Source: Chitinivibrionales bacterium
GTDB taxonomy: Bacteria; Fibrobacterota; Chitinivibrionia; Chitinivibrionales; WJKA01
Direction: 5' to 3'
Length of the DNA stretch: 61,775 nt
Assembly: GCA_038247415.1 (NCBI GenBank)
Contig: JBBRUX010000024.1
Span: 1 to 61,775, forward strand
The notes under the pieces were generated by a model. It did not search any database, was not told the origin of the DNA, and saw only the letters and a program-made list of their open reading frames with translations. Below are positions 9,874 to 19,014 of this stretch, in pieces (the first letter of the stretch is position 1; each line of letters begins with the position of its first letter). The position numbers and the translations under genes are program-made.

Positions 9874-12800
9874 TTATCTACCGCCAACGCCTTCGACAGT
9901 TGACTTGAGCGTAGAGTAGGCATCTGCATCGAGATTAGCAGACAGCATGTTTTGCTGAGATTTAAAAAGTTTTATAGCATCGGAATTTTTCCCGTCGCCA
10001 ACATAGGTATAAACCTGTTCCAGAATTTTTTGTGCCTTGGCTTGATTTGCAGGAGAAAAAGTTGCCTGTTGTTGTGGCGCAGGAGTTTGCTGTGCAGCAG
10101 GTCTCGGCTCAGGCTGTGGCGCTGGTGCGGTATAAACTGGCTGAACCGTTTGTCTCACTGGTGGCGGAGGTGGTGTATAAGGAGTAGGAGAAGGTATACT
10201 TGCTCTCTGCTGGCTTAATGTTGTCACAGACTGTTGGATTTGCGAAATGCGATTATCCATTTGGGTTAGATCAGATTGTTTTTGGCGCAAGGAGTTTGCT
10301 TGCTGCATTGCGATAGCACTACTATCTGATGAAAGACGATTGCGATCTGTCTGCAAGAGTGACGCTGCAGATTTTTTCTGCGATAAGAACGATTTTTGCT
10401 TGAGAATTTCTCCGTGTGCTGTAAAAAGCTGGTTGCCTTGATTACGGCGACTAGCATCAGAATCTATGCGTGCTTTTTGGCGTTGGGTTCTCAAATTAGC
10501 AATTTCTTGTTCTTTAAAAACGATTTGACTATCGATACGAGCTATTGTTGACTCATAAGGATTATAGGTTGTTGAATTTTTCCCTGCAAGCGTGACGCTG
10601 TCGTTAATTGCCAATGTCACTTTGGATTCAAGCAATTGCACTTCCGAACGAGCATTCATGATGTCGTTCTCTTTTTGGCGAATGGCTTCACGTGTGCGAG
10701 AGAGTGCAGGAGACTCTCCCGACGATTCGGCGCTGAGTTGTGCCCGCATTTGATCTCGTCGGGTCATTGCGTCATTCAGATCACGCTGCGTCGATGCTAT
10801 CGCACTTTCTAGACGTGCTGCTTCTCTTTGAGCTGCGGCCTCTTGTGCAACGCGTTGTGCAACGAATGAACGTGCATCTTGTTCAGCAATCATTGTGCGA
10901 CTTTTACACAAAAGTAGTTCTCGATTGATTGATGCAACTTTATCTGAACTTGATGCAATTAACTTGTTTTGCTGCAATTTATTTCTATCTCGTTCGCTTG
11001 CAAACGTCTGCCTGGTTTGCTCAGCATCTCTTGTGCGTTGGTTCAGAGATGCTATTTGCTGGCTTATTGCGCCTTGCGAAGATTGGTATACCCGTAGAGC
11101 ATCGGAAGAATCTCTTTTGATCTTATCCAATTGCGGAGTTAAAGAGATCTGCTCTTTTTCGGCATTTGCAATGCTCACGTCAAGTCGTTGTTTTTCGGTG
11201 GCTGCTGCTGCTTGCTGTTGCGCACCTTTGGTACTTGCGTCTGAAATGAGTTGGCTGATTCTTGCTTTTTGAGAAGTGTACGATTGCAGTTGTTGTTCGG
11301 CAACCATTTTCCCGCTTCGTGCGCTTGCTGCATCCCGCATTGCTTTAAAAAGGTCTCCAGACGACCGAGTTTGTCCGGCAGCAGCAATTTTAGATGCGTT
11401 GGTGCGTGCATTAGAAGCATCTGAGCGTTCACGACTTTTATCGCGAATCTGATTTTCGAGTGGCCCTGTAACAGTCGATGTAGAAGATTGCGATTGGGCT
11501 ATTGTTGCTTCGAGTTTTGCAATTTCCGAGCCAAACAGAGTACTTTGCTGGGATTGAGTTTGGAGAGTCTCTTTTTTTTGCTGCAGTACATTATCTATTT
11601 CGGTGATACGAGTAATAGATGTTGAAACCGAAGAAGGCAATGATTTGTCGAAGTTATCGAGATTTTGTTGGGCCCGACTTGCCTGCACTGCAAATGCAGC
11701 AAAGGTAGAAGCACTTGTAGCGAGTATACTATCGACCAATCTTCGTTTTTGGGAGAGGGTCATACCTGCCATAGAAGCTTCGCGTTGTACAATGTCGGTT
11801 TTTTTACGTAGTGGATCTTGTTTACCGACAAGAGCATTAATATCTGTTTCTTTGGCTTCTGCAAGCGGTCTGGCGTTACGTTTACCTCGAGCTGCATCTT
11901 CGAGTAGTTGTTCGTACATACTTCTTTCGCCTGCAATTGCACTATCGAGTCGAAGTTTTTCCTTGTGATTGACAAGAGATTCCTTGTCTTTTTTTGCGTC
12001 GTTGAGTGTGCCTGTGGCAGCGGCCATCGCATCGGCGAGGGGTTGTCTCTGACTGTCATATTTTTTCTTGGCAGCCCCAGTTTGCACACCGAGACGATCC
12101 TTTTCTGCTTCGAGAACACTGATTTCTGAATTGGTTCGCGCATAGAGATCGTCGGCTTGCGTTTTTTGACTGCGAACGGTGGTAAGTTTTTGCTGATCTG
12201 CAACCGATCCAGCCGAAGCACTGTGCCGAGCTTTTTGAATTTGGCTGTTTAAATCTGCTATTGTCGCATCGATTGTAGCAATTTGGGTGTCGATTCGTTT
12301 GACATCATCAGACTGTTGACGACGTTCTGATTCGACAGCGGCGGTGGCTGTTGCTGAATCGGAAACTGCCTTTGCAAGAGCGTTGCCAAACGAACCTATA
12401 TCGGATTGCTTTACCCGAATCAGAGAATCAGTGCGATTTTGATCAGCATAATAAGTATCAAGAATGCGCGAGGAAGAATTTGAGCTTTGAGCTGCAGCCT
12501 GGTCACGTTTGCTTCGCTGGGCTAAAATGTCGTTTGCAAGCGAAGCAGAGCGACTTTGTAGTTTAAGACTTTCGGTATATAAAGCAGTTAATTGGGAACG
12601 GTGCGCAGCAAGAAGATTAATACTGTCTGAGCGATACTTTTCTCGTTGTGATCGGAGCGAAGCAATTGTTTGTTCTGATTGAGAGATCGAAACATCGAGA
12701 GCTTGTGTTGAATTATTCTGCGTTGCGAGGCCTAATTCTCGTGCTGCAGATGTGCTATCGGCTCGTAGCTGATTAAGCTTATTAGTTTCTAAGGAGATTT

Positions 12801-12987
12801 GGGATTGTGCAGATCCAAGGCGCTGGTTGATCTCGGCAATACTTATAGTGCTCTGGGGGGAACTGGATGCTTTTTGAGGAGTTTTAGCACGAGGTGCAGC
12901 TTCGATAGGGAAAGATAAAAAAGATGTCCCAAGAATCGAGACAGCCAAGAATCCGCGAACCAATGTTTTTGTCAATCGAAATTTCAT
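9874..12987 (-). CDS. Secreted long coiled-coil protein of unknown function
   Basis: N-terminal signal peptide, about 870 aa of A/Q/S/R/K-rich heptad-like sequence, Pro-rich linker, short helical C-terminal domain. Confidence 0.8.
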   Translation of the reverse strand: MKFRLTKTLVRGFLAVSILGTSFLSFPIEAAPRAKTPQKASSSPQSTISIAEINQRLGSAQSQISLETNKLNQLRADSTSAARELGLATQNNSTQALDVSISQSEQTIASLRSQREKYRSDSINLLAAHRSQLTALYTESLKLQSRSASLANDILAQRSKRDQAAAQSSNSSSRILDTYYADQNRTDSLIRVKQSDIGSFGNALAKAVSDSATATAAVESERRQQSDDVKRIDTQIATIDATIADLNSQIQKARHSASAGSVADQQKLTTVRSQKTQADDLYARTNSEISVLEAEKDRLGVQTGAAKKKYDSQRQPLADAMAAATGTLNDAKKDKESLVNHKEKLRLDSAIAGERSMYEQLLEDAARGKRNARPLAEAKETDINALVGKQDPLRKKTDIVQREASMAGMTLSQKRRLVDSILATSASTFAAFAVQASRAQQNLDNFDKSLPSSVSTSITRITEIDNVLQQKKETLQTQSQQSTLFGSEIAKLEATIAQSQSSTSTVTGPLENQIRDKSRERSDASNARTNASKIAAAGQTRSSGDLFKAMRDAASARSGKMVAEQQLQSYTSQKARISQLISDASTKGAQQQAAAATEKQRLDVSIANAEKEQISLTPQLDKIKRDSSDALRVYQSSQGAISQQIASLNQRTRDAEQTRQTFASERDRNKLQQNKLIASSSDKVASINRELLLCKSRTMIAEQDARSFVAQRVAQEAAAQREAARLESAIASTQRDLNDAMTRRDQMRAQLSAESSGESPALSRTREAIRQKENDIMNARSEVQLLESKVTLAINDSVTLAGKNSTTYNPYESTIARIDSQIVFKEQEIANLRTQRQKARIDSDASRRNQGNQLFTAHGEILKQKSFLSQKKSAASLLQTDRNRLSSDSSAIAMQQANSLRQKQSDLTQMDNRISQIQQSVTTLSQQRASIPSPTPYTPPPPPVRQTVQPVYTAPAPQPEPRPAAQQTPAPQQQATFSPANQAKAQKILEQVYTYVGDGKNSDAIKLFKSQQNMLSANLDADAYSTLKSTVEGVGGR

Positions 12988-13011
12988 AAAGCATCCAAAT
13001 GCGTTAAAGGT

Positions 13012-13482
13012 TCAGCTAGAGTGTGGCAAGCTTTTACAGCGGGGAATAATAGTGTTGCATAGTAAATCTGCTCCAACCGGACGCTCTACAGGAGTTTCAA
13101 AAACAATGCTTGTATCAACATTTCCTCGTGGTAGAAAATCACCAACAATTAAGGCCCATCGGGGTTCTAAAACCGTGCAAATGGTTTCGAATAGATGTGC
13201 TGTGACTGTTTCGTGAAAGGTGCCGATCATGCGAAATGAGTTTAAATAGAGCTTCCATGCTTTAAGTTCCAGACACAAATCTCGAGGCAAATAAGAAAGG
13301 TGTATAACACCAAAATCGGGGTAGCCAGTTTTTGGGCAAACGCAGGTGAATTCAGGGAAAACTATCCGAATAACCCCTGTTGCTGTTTTTTTTGTGTCGT
13401 ATGGACAGGGAAATGTTTCCAGTGATGGGAGTTCCCCCTGTGCAAGAGCGCTTTCAAGCGGAGTAACATTATTGAAAAACAT
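13012..13482 (-). CDS. queF: 7-cyano-7-deazaguanine (preQ0) reductase, type I
   Basis: EFTCVCPKTGYPDF, ELKAWKLYLNSFR QueF motif, FHE, PRG; start uncertain (13482-13551). Confidence 0.9.
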   Translation of the reverse strand: MFFNNVTPLESALAQGELPSLETFPCPYDTKKTATGVIRIVFPEFTCVCPKTGYPDFGVIHLSYLPRDLCLELKAWKLYLNSFRMIGTFHETVTAHLFETICTVLEPRWALIVGDFLPRGNVDTSIVFETPVERPVGADLLCNTIIPRCKSLPHSS

Positions 13483-13604
13483 TGGATAAAAATGCAACAT
13501 GACGTCGGGACATGCAATTTTTTCTTGACCTTGGTATGTTAAAAAAATCATTTTTAAAAAACTAGTAGAAATCGGCTACTGTATCAGCTCAACAAGGAGA
13601 GATT

Positions 13605-13775
13605 ATGGCCTACGAAATCAGCGATACCTGTCTTGCGTGTGGATCCTGTATTCCAGAATGCCCCGTTGATGCAATCAGTGAGGGGACGCCCTATAGCATT
13701 AACCCCAATAAGTGCACCGATTGTGGCACGTGTGCAGAGGCTTGCCCCGCCGAAGCAATTATGCAGTGCTCGTAA
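13605..13775 (+). CDS. 2x[4Fe-4S] ferredoxin (56 aa, below ORF-track cutoff)
   Basis: MAYEISDTCLACGSCIPECPVDAISEGTPYSINPNKCTDCGTCAEACPAEAIMQCS has two CxxCxxCxxxCP motifs; AAGGAG RBS. Confidence 0.95.
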   Translation: MAYEISDTCLACGSCIPECPVDAISEGTPYSINPNKCTDCGTCAEACPAEAIMQCS

Positions 13776-13822
13776 AGGCGAAGACCACAGAAATTAACCT
13801 GGAAATCCCTTGGGGATTTCGT

Positions 13823-13855
13823 AAACCGGATTGGTCTTGATCCGGTTTGTTTTTT
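13823..13855 (+). terminator. Intrinsic terminator after ferredoxin
   Basis: AAACCGGAT-loop-ATCCGGTTT followed by a T run; preceded by a second hairpin GAAATCCC..GGGATTTC. Confidence 0.7.
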
Positions 13856-14006
13856 GATGCAGCAAATTAATTAATGCTTGCATAGCTCGAGTGTCAAGAT
13901 GCTCACGATCAGAGTTTATTTCTTATGCTTAGATGTAGCAATCCGCTGTGATATGAATCATTTTTAGCGTGGCCAGGATTGTTTTTCTACAGTAAGGATA
14001 TCAAAC

Positions 14007-16859
14007 ATGTTTGTACCAGGACAGCGATATAGTAGTTCTGCTGAACCAGATCTTGGGCTTGGAACCATTTCTGCGGTCTCGGCAAAACAGGTTTCGCTTA
14101 CGTTTTCGAATGGCCGAATTGCTCGCACCTATGGAACCGTAGCAGCACCTTTGCGCCGGGTGGTTCTGAATCCTGGCGATTCTTTTGCTTGGTCAAAAAA
14201 TGTTTTGTGCACCATAATTTCTATTGAAGGAAATAAAGATTCCGAGGTTCTTTCGTATGCAACAACTCAAGGGACATTTTTAGAAAAAGATTTACCCGAT
14301 ACGGTCCTTGGTGGCGGGCCATTTTCACGCTTGAGCGCGTGTCTTGTAGATGTCTGTTCGGAATTTGATTTTCGATTGCGGGTGCTTCGAGCTCAATGTA
14401 AGAGGATTGGATTACCTGTTGCTGGCTTAGTTGGTGGTAGAGTAGAACTTCTTGCGTATCAATTCGATTTAGCTGCTATGGTGGCAGCTCGCCGATTGCC
14501 GCGTGTTTTATTATCGGATGAGACAGGTTTAGGCAAAACCATTGAGGCATGCCTCATTATGCACCGCTTGCTAGCATGTGGATTAATATCGCGTGTGCTT
14601 ATAATTGTACCAGGCCCCTTAATTCATCAGTGGTTTGTGGAACTTTTAAGGCGTTTTAACTGCACAGCGCGCATTTTCGATACTGAGTTTTGTAAAGAAT
14701 ACTCGCTGGATTTAAATCCTTTTTTAGCAGATCAGATTGGGCTTATCGACCTCGACCTTATTGCCTCCGACAAAAATGTTCGCAAAGATGCCCTCGAAGC
14801 GGGTTTCGATTTGTTGGTAGTTGACGAAGCGCATCATCTTAAAGAAACGTCTGCCGGGTACAAGGCTCTGGAAGAACTGTCTAAGGTGTCTTTGGGGCTT
14901 TTGCTCTTGAGTGCTACCCCTGAACATCTAGGACGATACGACCATTTTTTACGGCTTCGATTACTCGATCCGGCACGGTATTCCAATTTCGATGCTTTTT
15001 GTAAAGAATCAGATACCCTCACAGAACTTGCAGAATGTATAGATGAACAGCACGATTTTGCGCAATCGGGGAACCAATCGGATGTAACATTACACTTTAC
15101 GCCCCGACTGCAAAAATTTATAGCCGACCGTAATGAATTGACACCATCTGATTCTGCTACGGTGCTTTCAGCAGTTTCTATTGCACAGGAAACCGGCTCG
15201 ATTGTTCTTACCGATCTCATTGATAGGTATGGAATTGGCAGAAGCATTTTTCGGAATACACGCAAGATGGTTCAAGGAAGCATAGAACGAACTGTAATGC
15301 TTATTCCCCTCGATGTATCCGATAAAATGCTCGAACGACTTTACGATGAATATAACTCTGATTGCAATGGGACGCCCTACACCGAAACGATTGATGCTTC
15401 AGACAACCGTGTTGTGTGGCTTGCTAGCTTGCTAATTGATAATCCTACACAAAAGTTTTTAGTGATCTGCCATTCCAAGGAGCGTGTGATTCGTCTTGAA
15501 CGAGCCCTTGCCGCGCAATGCGTGGCAAAGTGCGGGATGTTTCATGAAGATATGACGCTCGTTGCGCGAGATCGCAATGCTGCATGGTTTTCAGAACCCG
15601 ATGGAGCTAAGGTTTTGTTGTGCAGTGAAATTGGGAGCGAGGGACGTAATTTCCAGTTTTGTCATAATCTTGTAATGCTGGATTTGCCGCTCGATCCAGA
15701 AGTACTCGAACAAAGAATTGGACGTTTGGATCGTATTGGGCAAAAAAGCGCAATTACGATCTATGTCCCTTATGGTCAAAATTCTGCGCAACACATTTTG
15801 GCACTCTGGTATCATGAGGTACTTAATGCCTTTGCTACCCATCAGAGTAGTGGTCGTGCGGTATTCGACCTTTTTAAAAATGGTATTGTCGATTGGATTA
15901 TCAAACGTAAATCTCCTCTCACGCATAAAGATGCGTGGAGTGCATTTGTAGTCCTTGCCCAAGAGGCGAAAAATAAAACCGATCACGTTATGGTTGCCGG
16001 AAGGGATCGCCTTCTTGCTTTTTCGTCTTTTAGACCGGAACGGGCAGCATCGCTTATACAATCTATTAAGTTCGAAGATAATGATACCGCCAAGGAGGAA
16101 CTCTTTTTAACACTCTGTAAATCTTTTGGGATCCTCACAGAAGATGCTGGAAGTAAACGAATTGCTCTTCTTACCGAATCGCTTACCGATTTGCGTTTCC
16201 CTTTGCCGCGAACCGAACGCCCCGTGATTACCTTCGACCGTGCAACTGCACTGTTGCGTGAAGATATCGAATTTATTACTATCGATCATCCAATGTATGC
16301 CGGGGCGCTCGATCTGTATGTTTCATCGGAGATGGGAACATCGAGTTTTGGAATTTGGCAGGCTCCAGCAAGTAAAGAACTACTTTTGGAAGTGGTGTTT
16401 GTGCTAGAATGTGTTGCACAAGCATCTCTTCATTGCGGGCGGTTTCTTCCGCCTACTCCCATTCACCTTATTATTAATCATGGTTTACAAGATTGCACTC
16501 AAGCATATGCAGGGTTAATTGCCTTAGAACATCTTGTTGTGGGCCCCATACATAAGCTTATTGCCCGCGGAGATATTGTTAATACCATTCTTCCTGCTAT
16601 GCATGCAAAAGGTCAGGAGATTGCCGAAAACCAAGCTGCACACGCAAAAGAGCGTGCAATTGCCTCTGCTACAGCAATACTTGACATCGAAGTAGATCGA
16701 CTTGTTGCCCTGTATCAGAAAAATCGATCGGTACGGCACGAAGAAATTGAAGCATGCACAGCAGAAAAAAGCGCTCTTGTTAAGGAACTTTCCTCTGCGC
16801 GATTGCGCTTGGACTCCTGCAGAGTTATATGGAGGGGAAAAGGTTTTGGCCAAGCTTAA
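14007..16859 (+). CDS. rapA: RNA polymerase-associated SNF2 ATPase RapA
   Basis: N-terminal GQR..EPDLGLG, DETGLGKT, DEAH, SATPE, CSEIGSEGRNFQF and LEQRIGRLDRIGQ. Confidence 0.93.
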   Translation: MFVPGQRYSSSAEPDLGLGTISAVSAKQVSLTFSNGRIARTYGTVAAPLRRVVLNPGDSFAWSKNVLCTIISIEGNKDSEVLSYATTQGTFLEKDLPDTVLGGGPFSRLSACLVDVCSEFDFRLRVLRAQCKRIGLPVAGLVGGRVELLAYQFDLAAMVAARRLPRVLLSDETGLGKTIEACLIMHRLLACGLISRVLIIVPGPLIHQWFVELLRRFNCTARIFDTEFCKEYSLDLNPFLADQIGLIDLDLIASDKNVRKDALEAGFDLLVVDEAHHLKETSAGYKALEELSKVSLGLLLLSATPEHLGRYDHFLRLRLLDPARYSNFDAFCKESDTLTELAECIDEQHDFAQSGNQSDVTLHFTPRLQKFIADRNELTPSDSATVLSAVSIAQETGSIVLTDLIDRYGIGRSIFRNTRKMVQGSIERTVMLIPLDVSDKMLERLYDEYNSDCNGTPYTETIDASDNRVVWLASLLIDNPTQKFLVICHSKERVIRLERALAAQCVAKCGMFHEDMTLVARDRNAAWFSEPDGAKVLLCSEIGSEGRNFQFCHNLVMLDLPLDPEVLEQRIGRLDRIGQKSAITIYVPYGQNSAQHILALWYHEVLNAFATHQSSGRAVFDLFKNGIVDWIIKRKSPLTHKDAWSAFVVLAQEAKNKTDHVMVAGRDRLLAFSSFRPERAASLIQSIKFEDNDTAKEELFLTLCKSFGILTEDAGSKRIALLTESLTDLRFPLPRTERPVITFDRATALLREDIEFITIDHPMYAGALDLYVSSEMGTSSFGIWQAPASKELLLEVVFVLECVAQASLHCGRFLPPTPIHLIINHGLQDCTQAYAGLIALEHLVVGPIHKLIARGDIVNTILPAMHAKGQEIAENQAAHAKERAIASATAILDIEVDRLVALYQKNRSVRHEEIEACTAEKSALVKELSSARLRLDSCRVIWRGKGFGQA

Positions 16860-16882
16860 TTCAACTGCGCTTGGCTTCTTTT

Positions 16883-17890
16883 TTACTTCGCCTTTTTTAA
16901 AGCATCAAATTCTGCGCACAGTGCAACAATACGATCGTATGTTTTTTTATCGATCGACTTGTCGAATAATTTAGGCAAACCGGTTGCGACCACTGTTTTC
17001 CATGCTGCAAGAGCTGCTTGGGATACGGGGTTAATTGTAAGTCCGTGTTGTTGCATAATGGTAAGAGCCGAAGCCTCTGCTGCCCTCGATTCGGCATCCA
17101 TTCCTGCAGAAATTTTTGCAGCGGCATGTATGAGCTGAGGCTTAACAGATGCGTCGATTTTATTCCAGGTATCATTGGTAACGATAATCCCGCCGACAAG
17201 GGGAGCCCAGGATAGTTCGCACATGTTTGTGGCAAGCCCAAACCATTGGTACGAAGCTGCCGAGAGGGGCGTTGTGGTAAAGGCATCTACCATACCGCTT
17301 TGCAAAGATGTCATGAGATCGGTTACCGCGAGCGGAACGGGATTAAAACCCATATTTTTCCAAGCAGAAGCGCCATCGGGGTCGCCAGCCCAAATAAATA
17401 ATTTTTGCTTTTTGAGATCATCGGGGGTTGAAACAGGCGATTTAGAAAAAAAGTGTACCCACCCCACCGTCGACCATGCTACAATAGTAAAGCCTTTTGC
17501 TGCCAGAAGCTGCTCAAATTCAGGTTTCATTTTGCCAAGAACATATGCAAGTTGGTCGTTGTTTGAAATCAACAAAGGCGTTTGAAGCGCGAGAATTTCC
17601 TGGGAGATCCTGCACAATCCAACTCCTGTTATCGCAGCAGCATTCAATTGCCCAACTTTCATTTTACGAATCATATCCATTTCATCTCCAACAATTCCAC
17701 CAGCATAAATTTTCAGGTTAACGGTATTCCCAGAAGTTTTAGCCCATTCATTGCCGATTATGCGCAAGTTTTTGTCCCAAGGGGAATTTGCAGGAGCAAG
17801 GCTACCGAGTTTAATTGAGACAGGAGCAGAATAAGCGAAAGAAAATAAAGTGCTTATAACAAGAGTTTGGGTAAGCAAGAATTGTTTCAT
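16883..17890 (-). CDS. TRAP transporter substrate-binding protein DctP (TatP-like)
   Basis: Signal peptide, IKLGSLAPANSPW, GDEMDMIRKMKVGQL and SLQSGMVD; overlaps upstream gene by ATGA. Confidence 0.9.
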   Translation of the reverse strand: MKQFLLTQTLVISTLFSFAYSAPVSIKLGSLAPANSPWDKNLRIIGNEWAKTSGNTVNLKIYAGGIVGDEMDMIRKMKVGQLNAAAITGVGLCRISQEILALQTPLLISNNDQLAYVLGKMKPEFEQLLAAKGFTIVAWSTVGWVHFFSKSPVSTPDDLKKQKLFIWAGDPDGASAWKNMGFNPVPLAVTDLMTSLQSGMVDAFTTTPLSAASYQWFGLATNMCELSWAPLVGGIIVTNDTWNKIDASVKPQLIHAAAKISAGMDAESRAAEASALTIMQQHGLTINPVSQAALAAWKTVVATGLPKLFDKSIDKKTYDRIVALCAEFDALKKAK

Positions 17891-18852
17891 TGGGCAAGAA
17901 TGTCCTTTGTGTCAAGAAAATAGTCGCTTGTATGAGCTAAAAGCCATCGGGCTTGTTCTTGGCCAGTAATATTTGATAGCCGGTATTGAATATAGGTATC
18001 GGGATTTAAGGCAAGCGCGCTCTCTAAGAGCGTTGTAAATCGTTGCTGATCTTGCGCCTTAACACATACGGATGTCGCAAGCGCAATATACGGTGCAACG
18101 CGCATCCCGTGTGCATACTGTAAAGATTTTTCGAAATGAGCCTCTGCTTTTTGGATACTGCCACCCATGGATGCGGGAAGTGATCCGTAGTAGGATATAA
18201 AAAAATCGTGAGCAGAACCATTGCTAAATGAATCGCACAAGGCCATTGATTTTGAAATGCACGCTACTGCAGTTGGCGTGGTTAAGGCCAGAGAAAGATC
18301 AAATTTATCGATGCTCACCGCAGCCATCCAGGCCATGCCACTCCAGTATAAAATGCTCGTATCTTTAAGAGTACATTCAGAGAGTGCAGCCTCGGCAGTT
18401 CCTTGCAAAAGTGATTTTTTTATACCCTTGTGTCGACTCTCTAAAGCGCTTATGAGATAATCGCGGGATCGCATATATAATCTTTTGGCCCGCAGTCGCT
18501 GTGATGTTTTTAAATCGAGTTGTTCATCGGGTAATCTGTCGGCTGGAATCTGGACAAAGAGATACCCATAGGTACAGAGGGCTTTGCCGGTTGCCAGAAG
18601 GAGTTTTGTATCCTTGGGGTTTTGTGCCAATAGGCTTTCGTAGGTTTTAATAGCAAAAGGAAGTGCATCGCCAACGAGTTCTGGGTCGTTATCGCCAGAA
18701 AAAACAGTTCCGCTCTCGCCAGACAGCGCTTTTGATACAGCTTTGATGGCAATTTTTTTAACGCACTGAAATTGAGAACCAACAACAGAAATAAGCGCAA
18801 TACCAACGAAAATTCTTAGAGAAGTGTTCTTTTTAAGTTTAAAAGTGTTCAT
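17887..18852 (-). CDS. TRAP transporter TatT component (TPR-like, probable lipoprotein)
   Basis: DNDPELVGDALPFAIKTYESLL, MGGS..KA..HFEK; Cys after the hydrophobic leader; adjacent to dctP. Confidence 0.85.
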   Translation of the reverse strand: MNTFKLKKNTSLRIFVGIALISVVGSQFQCVKKIAIKAVSKALSGESGTVFSGDNDPELVGDALPFAIKTYESLLAQNPKDTKLLLATGKALCTYGYLFVQIPADRLPDEQLDLKTSQRLRAKRLYMRSRDYLISALESRHKGIKKSLLQGTAEAALSECTLKDTSILYWSGMAWMAAVSIDKFDLSLALTTPTAVACISKSMALCDSFSNGSAHDFFISYYGSLPASMGGSIQKAEAHFEKSLQYAHGMRVAPYIALATSVCVKAQDQQRFTTLLESALALNPDTYIQYRLSNITGQEQARWLLAHTSDYFLDTKDILAQ

Positions 18853-19014
18853 AATTTTAAAAATCGCATGCGTGGCAAAGATTGTCAATGGTTTATTTTA
18901 CACATTATTAAACTAAATAAATGGGTTCCTTGAAATATTTTATTTTTATGCCAGCTAAAAAAATGTCGAGCTTACTACAAATACGCATCCAGATTATAAG
19001 GATCTGAAACCGCA

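Noticed and set aside
13012..13551. queF as part of a 7-deazaguanine DNA-modification (dpd) system
   Set aside because: No dpdA/tgt-like, queC/D/E or other modification genes are adjacent; it is consistent with ordinary queuosine synthesis.
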